The notes beneath the pieces are model-generated. The model made no database searches. It saw only the letters and a program-made list of their open reading frames with translations, and was not told the origin of the DNA. This document shows, in pieces, positions 52,601 through 59,615 of a DNA stretch of 64,000 nucleotides. Every line of letters starts with the position of its first letter. Position 1 is the stretch's first letter. Origin of the DNA: an uncultured bacterium (lineage in GTDB: Bacteria; Verrucomicrobiota; Verrucomicrobiia; Limisphaerales; UBA8199); NCBI GenBank assembly GCA_963749495.1, contig CAVVMW010000030.1, forward strand, positions 179,782-243,781, in the 5' to 3' direction. A program made the position numbers and the translations under genes.

Positions 52601-53411
52601 GGCCAGACCAGAGCCGGCGCTGAGAGACGATGGCCAGGACCTGGCCGCGTCCGGACGCAACGGTGCCCGGTCGGTCCACCAGTGCTGCGGCGCAAGCTGC
52701 CTGGCCAGGCCCGCACTTCGAGCGCGACGTGCCCGAGGCCGTCCGCCCCATCGGCCCGGACAGAGCCGGCACTGAGAGACGATGGCCAGGGCCTGGCCGC
52801 GGTTGGACGCGACGGCTGCCGGCGCGGTCCACCAGTGCTGCGGCGCAAGCGGCCCGGCCAGGCCCGCGGTTCGAGCGCGACGTGCCCGAGGCCGTCCGCT
52901 CCATCGGCCAGACCAGAGCCGGCGCTGAGAGACGATGGCCAGGACCTGGCCGCGCCCGGATGCGACGGCGCCCGCGCAGTTCACCAGCGTTGTGGCGCAA
53001 GCTGCCTGGCCAGGCCCGCGCTTCGAGCGCGACGTGCCCGAGGCCGTCCGCTCCATCGGCCAGACCAGAGCCGGCGCTGAGAGACGATGGCCAGGACTTG
53101 GCCGCGCTCGGACGCAACGGTGCCCGGTCGGTCCGCCAGCGTTGTGGCGTAAGCTGCCTGGCCAGGCCCGCGCTTTGAGCGCGACGTGCCACAGGCCGCC
53201 CGCTCCATCGGCCAGGACAGAGCCGGCGCTGAGAGACGATGGCCAGGACCTGGCCGCGCTCGGAGGCGACGGCTACCGGCGCGGTCCACCAGTGCTGCGG
53301 CGCAAGCTGCCCAGCCACGCCCGCACTTCCAGCATGTCCGCCTCGATGCGGCCGGCGCGACGTGCCCGAGGCCGTCCGCTCAATCCTCCAGACCAGAGCC
53401 GGCGCTGAGAG
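46692..53411. repeat. Tandem array 1: 43 units, mostly 152-153 bp, with higher-order repeats
   Basis: Anchor GGCGCTGAGAGACGATGGCCAGG(A/G)CCTGGCCGCG recurs at 46704, 46880, 47032, 47186, 47338 ... 53087 and 53239 (ATG positions); 189-bp variants at 48252, 50727 and 52136. Confidence 0.97.
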
Positions 53412-53485
53412 CATTGTCCAGGCATGGCATACGTCCAGACATCTGGACGCCTGCGCCCGCCTGGGCCAGTTCGGACATTTCAATT

Positions 53486-53534
53486 AAGGGAACGGTGTTG
53501 CACATCAAACTTTGATCTGCAACACCGTTCCCTT
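53486..53534. other. 49-bp near-perfect palindrome
   Basis: AAGGGAACGGTGTTGCA-C-ATCAAA-C-TTTGAT-C-TGCAACACCGTTCCCTT; one mismatched pair, centre at 53510. Confidence 0.9.
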
Positions 53535-53618
53535 GCCGGTTTCAAGGCGATATGAGTAAGTCTCCCCAACAGCGCAAGAACGCGTGAAGCCCGTTGAGAC
53601 CTAAGAAAGAACATAGCA

Positions 53619-53909
53619 ATGAAAGCAAGCCAACAAGATGGCGGCAGTCAGGTGCAGGTTGATAGCGGCCCAGGTTTGCCCGCATCTGGCTTGACTACAC
53701 CGCCGGAATACGAATCGAGGCGAGAACTAGCCCACAGGCTGGGCGTCAGTGAGCGAACGATCGGGAACATGATGAGAGATCATCGTCTCCCGTTCCTTCG
53801 TTTGAGCGCGACACTTGTTCGATTCCACAGGGTGGAAGTTGACAAGCATCTTGCCCAAAACTACCACGTCAACAGCCATACCTCGAAAGGAGGAAACAAT
53901 GGACAGTGA
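53619..53909 (+). CDS. Xis/AlpA-like HTH DNA-binding protein
   Basis: YESRRELAHRLGVSERTIGNMMRDHRLPFLRLSATLVRFHRVEVDKHL. Confidence 0.85.
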   Translation: MKASQQDGGSQVQVDSGPGLPASGLTTPPEYESRRELAHRLGVSERTIGNMMRDHRLPFLRLSATLVRFHRVEVDKHLAQNYHVNSHTSKGGNNGQ

Positions 53910-54103
53910 CCTATTGCCCCTTGAACGGTTCCCCCAAAAGTACAACCTCAGCCACGTAACCATCTGGAAGTATCGGCGGGCCGGCCTTTCCAACTCTCAC
54001 AATTGGACGGAAAATCTTCATCCGTGAAAGTGCCTTTGTTGCTTTCGCGGAGAAGAACAACGGAAAAACCATTTCCGCCATGGCCCCGGCCCTTGCCCAA
54101 TGA
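53899..54103 (+). CDS. Further Xis/AlpA-like HTH protein, 1-nt frameshift near 53987
   Basis: Strong RBS AAAGGAGG; removing one base in CTTTCC gives ...NLSHVTIWKYRRAGLPTLTIGRKIFIRESAFVAFAEKNNGK...*. Confidence 0.65.
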
Positions 54104-54274
54104 AAAAGCACGCCGCCAGTGCAAGGCCCGAGTGTTCGCGACCTCCCTTGGACTGCAATGCCTGGCCGGCCGTCCGTTCACAACCCCCGTATGTTATCTG
54201 CGGGACAGGAGGCTATTGAATGAACGCAATCGCCCACTTGTGTTCTTTTGCTGAAAGCGAGACAAACGGTGATA

Positions 54275-54544
54275 ATGCAAAAGGAAGAAGTGATCTGCTC
54301 TTTCGGAGAGGGCGATGCTTTCCAAGTATCTGCCACCAGTAACGCCCAGGTCATACTCCGGCAGCAGCCAGAGGTGCAAGGCGGGGCTTTGATTGTCATC
54401 CCAATGGGGAACATCCCGGATTTGAGGAAGTCTCTCAGCCGTGCAGCAAAGAAAGCCAGGCAGATGTGGGAGAGTGGGCAACCGAACCCGCCAGAAGAAA
54501 GCGCGCAGCGCGTTAAGACCCCCCCGAACAAAAGCCGCTCTTGA
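54275..54544 (+). CDS. Small hypothetical protein (paralog of the next ORF)
   Basis: Stop overlaps the next start (TGATG); shares the VILxQQxExxGxxxIxxP pattern with the next ORF. Confidence 0.55.
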   Translation: MQKEEVICSFGEGDAFQVSATSNAQVILRQQPEVQGGALIVIPMGNIPDLRKSLSRAAKKARQMWESGQPNPPEESAQRVKTPPNKSRS

Positions 54545-54750
54545 TGGACATGAACTCTATAAGGATAGCGATGGGGGCAAAGATTGACGTCCGTCTTGAT
54601 ACTGGCGGAAACGTCATCTTAGAACAGCAAGCGGAGTGCGGCGGTCTGAGCGTGATCTTTGTGCCCTTTGCTGACGTGGATTCTCTTTTGAAACGTATCA
54701 CCCAAGTAGCCGAGATGTGGCGGTTGAAACAACACAACAAGAACAATTGA
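54544..54750 (+). CDS. Small hypothetical protein
   Basis: Translationally coupled to, and similar to, the upstream ORF. Confidence 0.55.
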   Translation: MDMNSIRIAMGAKIDVRLDTGGNVILEQQAECGGLSVIFVPFADVDSLLKRITQVAEMWRLKQHNKNN

Positions 54751-54794
54751 ACTTGGCCCGGCACTCGCCGGACCGATTGAGAAAGGACAACAGT

Positions 54795-56219
54795 ATGCCG
54801 TGGGCACCGAGTGAACATGACCAGAGTGGCAGTATCATCATGCAGGGGCTGCAGTTGGGAAACCAGAATGCGCAAGCTCTGGGGAACTGGCTCAGCAACT
54901 TCATTGAACACCAACAACAAATCAAAGCGGCCGGGAAAAGCGCGGAGTACTTCGTGAGAGCAAATCCCGATGCACTCGGCGCCATCGGCCTGCATCCCGA
55001 TGAATTCGGAAACCTCGGGGCGAGAGAGAAGGCGGCGGCCGTCCAGGGCTTCGTGCAAGGGCAAGGGGAGCAACGTGCGGCGCAGGAAGTCCAGGCCCGC
55101 GTAGCCTTGCAGAAATCCCAGACCGATTGGTTCAACCAGCGAGCGCAAGAACAGCTTAACGAAGGAGAGGGCGGACCGCTATACGCCGATGAGCTAGACA
55201 AGCTGCTGGCCAGTTACGACACCGGAACAAGGTCGGCGAGCGGGCCGAGTCCGGCTTTCCCACCGGGCACGGAGAACATTGGCGCGCTCGGGGCACTGAG
55301 GGCCATGGGCATCAATATCCCGCTGGCCGGAGGCACAGCAACGGGAACGGCGGCAGAACCAACGCCGCCGATGCCGAGAATCATGCTGAAGGCACTTAGC
55401 AACCTCCAGGCCATGAACCCAAGAGCGGCAACGGGGATGTATCGCCAGATCTTGCCAGCCCTTTTGCAGAATCCGGACGCTGCGGGCCGGGCTCCGACTC
55501 CAACATGGACCAAAGGTCCGACAGGCCGTTACGCTGTTACGGTGCCCGGCTCAAAACAGTTCCAACTCGATACCGACCCGAGCGAGTGGGCGCGGGCCAT
55601 GGCCGCTGGCCAGATCCCCGCCGTTCCGGTGACCGACTCCAGCGGGAATGTCCTGGGCAACGTCTATGCAGACCAGCGCGGCAATTTGCAAAAGGCCCGG
55701 GTTGCGGGCGAGCCGCCAGCCCTGCCGGCTGCGTTCAATACTGCCTATCATGGCACCGGCATCATGCCGGGCTTGGAGGGAAGCCTGCAAATAGCGCAAC
55801 GAACGGCAGGCATGAGCGACAAGGAAATCAAGGCGATCCATGGTTCAGCCGGAGGCACGCCCCAGGAAATCCGAGATCGGGCAGCACAACAGGTGCCCGT
55901 GCTTAAGCAACGGCTCCAGGACCTGTTTCGGCAATATCAACTCCAAGGTTATGGCGGCCGCGATCTTTGGGACTTCCTATATCAGAAGCACGGGCTAACC
56001 AACCCGGCCAGCGGAGAGCAGCAAGGCGCAGCGCGGCCGACAGGCGCATCGGCGCCGGCCGCGGCAACGGCCGCAGCAGCCACCCGAGATGCGTTCCCTG
56101 AGTACAAGACCGCCCAGGATGTGACGGCGGCCTATCGTGCGGGCAAATTCGGGGGATTCGGCGCCGAAGCGAGGGCCAAGGCCCTGGCGATTCTGCGGAA
56201 CAAGTTTGGGGCAAACTAA
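54795..56219 (+). CDS. Hypothetical A/G/Q/P-rich protein (474 aa)
   Basis: Long ORF with RBS GAAAGGA before ATG 54795; no recognisable catalytic motif. Confidence 0.7.
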   Translation: MPWAPSEHDQSGSIIMQGLQLGNQNAQALGNWLSNFIEHQQQIKAAGKSAEYFVRANPDALGAIGLHPDEFGNLGAREKAAAVQGFVQGQGEQRAAQEVQARVALQKSQTDWFNQRAQEQLNEGEGGPLYADELDKLLASYDTGTRSASGPSPAFPPGTENIGALGALRAMGINIPLAGGTATGTAAEPTPPMPRIMLKALSNLQAMNPRAATGMYRQILPALLQNPDAAGRAPTPTWTKGPTGRYAVTVPGSKQFQLDTDPSEWARAMAAGQIPAVPVTDSSGNVLGNVYADQRGNLQKARVAGEPPALPAAFNTAYHGTGIMPGLEGSLQIAQRTAGMSDKEIKAIHGSAGGTPQEIRDRAAQQVPVLKQRLQDLFRQYQLQGYGGRDLWDFLYQKHGLTNPASGEQQGAARPTGASAPAAATAAAATRDAFPEYKTAQDVTAAYRAGKFGGFGAEARAKALAILRNKFGAN

Positions 56220-56269
56220 TAGGAGCCGGCAGAGATTGAACCACCGACAAACTGGCGCGCCCGGACCTT

Positions 56270-57058
56270 ATGCCCCTCCAAACGTCTGGACAGAAAGAAG
56301 CCGCGCCGGTTTTTTTGCCTCCCTCCACACCAACCCCCGTCCCCCAAGCTACACCACCACAACCAATCGAGCCTCAAGGCAACCTTCCCGTCCGGTCGCC
56401 CATGTTCGTTCATTCCGCTCTAGATGACGCTGGCCTTTCCCCGGCCGAATTTCGCGTCTATGGTCACCTAAGCCGCCGAACTGGGCTCGGCGGCGCCTTC
56501 CCCAGTATTAAAAGCATGGCCAGCTTTTGCCGTCTCAAAGACAGGACCATCCGCCAAGCTATCCGCGCCCTGCTGAAGTATGGCATGGTGCGGAGACAGG
56601 ACCGCCCAGGTCGCACGCCGCTTTACACTTTGACCCCTCTGACTTCCTGGAGGCTACCAGCCCCGGTCAAGGCCCACCCCTCCCCTTTGGGGCCAGGGGT
56701 CTCAAAGGACACCCCTGCCGTTCGGGGCCAGGACACCCCTCCCGTTCGGGGCCAGGGCTACCCCTCCCCTTTGGGGCCAGGGGAAGGTAATCCAATTGAA
56801 GGAGATCCACAGAAAGGGGCGGTCCCCCTGTCCAGGCCTGGCCAGCCAACCGCCCCACGGGTCTGGCCGAACGAGATTGACAAGGCGCTCAAGGAAGTGC
56901 GCCTGCAAAAGCAAAACCTGCTTTTGGGCGGGTACGAAATCGAGCAACTGTCTGACAAGGAGCGCAAGGAGTGGCGCAACCTGAGTGCCCTGGAGAAAAC
57001 ACTAAGCGGCCAACTCATGACCGCTGCGGCGCCCGCTCCCTCGTCACCGCGACATTAG
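56270..57058 (+). CDS. Winged-HTH replication-initiator-like protein
   Basis: FVHSALDDAGLSPAEFRVYGHLSRR...AFPSIKSMASFCRLKDRTIRQAIRALLKYGMV..RPGRTPLYTL, followed by an iteron-encoded linker; start uncertain (56270 or 56402). Confidence 0.75.
   Translation: MPLQTSGQKEAAPVFLPPSTPTPVPQATPPQPIEPQGNLPVRSPMFVHSALDDAGLSPAEFRVYGHLSRRTGLGGAFPSIKSMASFCRLKDRTIRQAIRALLKYGMVRRQDRPGRTPLYTLTPLTSWRLPAPVKAHPSPLGPGVSKDTPAVRGQDTPPVRGQGYPSPLGPGEGNPIEGDPQKGAVPLSRPGQPTAPRVWPNEIDKALKEVRLQKQNLLLGGYEIEQLSDKERKEWRNLSALEKTLSGQLMTAAAPAPSSPRH
56676..56783 (+). repeat. Four iteron-like repeats inside the Rep-like gene (putative origin)
   Basis: ACCCCT(C/G)CC(C/G)TT(T/C)GGGGCCAGG at 56676, 56711, 56735 and 56760. Confidence 0.75.
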
Positions 57059-57383
57059 CGCCGGTGGCCTGCGCCCTATAGAGGCCCAGGCCTACTCGGA
57101 AGGTCCTGGCTCCTGGCCTGGTCGCAACTCGGCGCTCGGCCAGGCCGCGCCGGCCTCGGCGCAAGAATTCCCGCTTGTCAACCTCCGGCCGATGTGTCAG
57201 ACTTCCGGCGCTGGTCCGCAAAGACCAGCTCGCCGTTCTGGGCGGCCTACCAAGCCGTGGCGAACAAACAGGACTCCGAACTCCCAGACGATAGAGAACA
57301 CAGGTGGTGCTGTGGCTCGACAAGGTTTGCGCCTTCGTCTGGGAGTTTGTTGTTGCCTGCGCAAACAGGCAGGAAAGAGCAGA

Positions 57384-58178
57384 ATGAGCAGAAAAGGATT
57401 AGACGCATGGATAAAGGTCCGTGTGCCAAAGGAAGTGAAGACAGCCTTAAAGAACCTGGCCGGGGCAAGCCAAGTGACCGTGGCCCAGGTTGTCCGCAAC
57501 GCATACGAGCAAGAAGTGGAGTACCAGCAAGAGGTGGAAGCAGGCGCCGTGATTAGACCACAAGTGAGGCCGGCCATGGAGAGGCGGAAAGCAAGCGGCG
57601 CCGAAATTGCCCGTGCCGCGTGTCGGCCACGGAGGGAGCCGGCTCAATTGACCCGGGCGAGAAGGCAGACAAGGAAGCCCAACCCGGCTCCGCAAGGCCA
57701 CGAATTCAAGGCGTCGGAATACAAGCTCGTCTGCCTGCGTGACAGGCCGGTGCCAGGTGACTACTGCACCTGTAGCAAGCCAATCGTGGCGCGGGATTAC
57801 TGGTTCGGCAACATCGCCCCGGCGCCCCATTTCAACGGACTGGTTGAAACACTGGCCGTCATGGTATTGGACGGGCGAAACCGCATCACGGGCCATTGCA
57901 TCGCGGCCGTGGGAACACTGACCAGCGTGCAAATGCACGTCCGCGAAGTCTTCCGACTGGCAATAGTGGCCGGGGCGGCGAGCATTATCGTTGCCCACAA
58001 CCATCCCAGCGGAGATCCGAGTCCATCGGCTGAAGACATCGCCATAACTCAGCGGTTGGCTCGAGCTGGCCGCCTGATTGGAATTCCTGTGCTTGACCAT
58101 GTAATCGTGGGCCGACCGGCAGAGTTGCGCCGCAATGACTTTGTGAGTCTCAAGGCACTGGGCCATTTGAGCACCTGA
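57384..58178 (+). CDS. RadC-family JAB-domain protein with an N-terminal RHH-like domain
   Basis: ETLAVMVLDGRNR; GTLTSV..HVREVFR.AI; IIVAHNHPSGDPSPSAEDI; IGIPVLDHVIVG; N-terminal WIKVRVPKEVKTALKNLA..VTVAQVVR. Confidence 0.88.
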   Translation: MSRKGLDAWIKVRVPKEVKTALKNLAGASQVTVAQVVRNAYEQEVEYQQEVEAGAVIRPQVRPAMERRKASGAEIARAACRPRREPAQLTRARRQTRKPNPAPQGHEFKASEYKLVCLRDRPVPGDYCTCSKPIVARDYWFGNIAPAPHFNGLVETLAVMVLDGRNRITGHCIAAVGTLTSVQMHVREVFRLAIVAGAASIIVAHNHPSGDPSPSAEDIAITQRLARAGRLIGIPVLDHVIVGRPAELRRNDFVSLKALGHLST

Positions 58179-58199
58179 GCGGCTGTGCATCCCGCCGGG

Positions 58200-58229
58200 C
58201 CGCGCCCCATTTTGGAGCGCGGTTTTTTG
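58200..58229 (+). terminator. Possible Rho-independent terminator after the RadC-like gene
   Basis: CCGCGCCCCA-TTT-TGGAGCGCGG followed by TTTTTT. Confidence 0.5.
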
Positions 58230-58289
58230 TGCCCCTGTTTCCTCACAACCGCGCCGCAACAGTGAGGCCAGCCAGGAGAGCGATGGCGC

Positions 58290-58423
58290 CGGACACCCCT
58301 GGCCCCAAAGGGCAGGGGTCCGGGCGGACACCCCTGGCCCCAAAGGGCAGGGGTCCGGGCGGACACCCCTGGCCCCAAAGGGCGGGGGTCCGGGCGGACA
58401 CCCCTGGCCCCAAAGGGCAGGGG
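58290..58423. repeat. Four 35-bp tandem iteron-like repeats
   Basis: CGGACACCCCTGGCCCCAAAGGGCAGGGGTCCGGG at 58290, 58325, 58360 and 58395 (last copy truncated). Confidence 0.9.
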
Positions 58424-59615
58424 CGACAGCCACAGGCCGCCCAGGACTGTCCCGGATTGCCGTTTTTCAGGTCCTGCCCGTTTATTTTGGCCAGCCGTGG
58501 CACAGAATCAAGCCGCAACGCGCCGGAAGCCCACAAGCCAGCCCGGAGGGGCGTCGGTGCCCCCTGTGAGGCTACAGTGCGCCCGGGAGGGCCATGTCCG
58601 CAAACCCGCGCCCAGGCCCTTTTTAGGGCGGCTATTTTTTGAGGCGCCGCCCCCCAGAATCCAGCCACGACACGACGGCAAGGCCCGAGGCGCCGCCCCC
58701 AAGCGCCAGAGGCTCGCCCGTGGAGAGCCTTTTAGCTCCCCATAGCAAACCGCTTAACCCCTCGGCCCCTCCGCCCCCCGTCCGGGGCCTGACCCCCTCC
58801 CCCCCTACCTCGATGGTAGCTGCACCGTCCGGTTGCCACCGCCGCGCGCCGGGAGTGCCACGCCAGGCCCGGCCAGATTCGCCTCGGAAATGTCCCGTCC
58901 CTGTCCCCAGGCCGCCCAGACAATCAGCCACGTAGGACCGCCACTAAAGCAGCCTGACCCAAGCCAGGTCCAAGCCTCTGGGAACGCCTCGGCAACTGGG
59001 CTGAGGGTAGCTTGCCGGGCAGCCAAGCGCCTCAAACCCTCCGTTTCCTAGGGATTCCGGCATTTCCCAATTGATTACGAATCAATAGGCCGCCCGAAAT
59101 GGCCCCTTGGTCTGCTGTCGGGCGCCCCTGTAACGTAGCCCGCCTGGCACTGGGCAGGATGCGGCCAGGCGGCCCGGCCGCGATTGCGGGTTGACAACCC
59201 GGCGCCCCGCGTCAAGTGGCCTGGGCCGTCCGGCTCGGCGCCGGCCATGCTTGCGCCTCGCGCCCCTGCGCGACAAGACCCCTTTTGGGCAATCCCGGCC
59301 GGTCCTAAATGGGTAGAGTGTGGCCTGGCTGGCGGTCCTTTGTTTACAGTCGTCCAACTTTCCCCCGCCTCAAACGGCCCTGGTCACGCGGCTCCGATCG
59401 GCAGTCCTTTGTTTATGGTCGTCCAGATTTCCCAGGCAGGGAACGGCACTGAACAGCCGTCCAATGTCCACCGGACACCCTGCCGCATTCTCGATTTCCC
59501 TTGTGCGTCCAAACGTCTGGACAGCTTTACTCCTGGTGTCTGTAGGAATGAATCCTCTTGCTGGTGCTCAAATCAAAAAACTTGCGCGACACTCTCAACT
59601 GGCCAAAGCAAAAAA

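Noticed and set aside
46692..53411. Integron attC cassette array
   Set aside because: No gene cassettes between units, no consistent RYYYAAC...GTTRRRY ends, and the integrase looks island/phage-type.
47078..53483. Very long ORFs across array 1 (up to 1555 aa on the minus strand; many MARTWPRP ORFs on plus)
   Set aside because: Monomers of 152/153/189 bp make each ORF cycle through all three frames of the same unit, and overlapping ORFs are open in several frames. This is a by-product of GC-rich, stop-poor repeats, and no RBS or domain is evident.
44029..58178. Intact prophage
   Set aside because: No recognisable terminase, portal, capsid, tail or lysis genes in the visible part.
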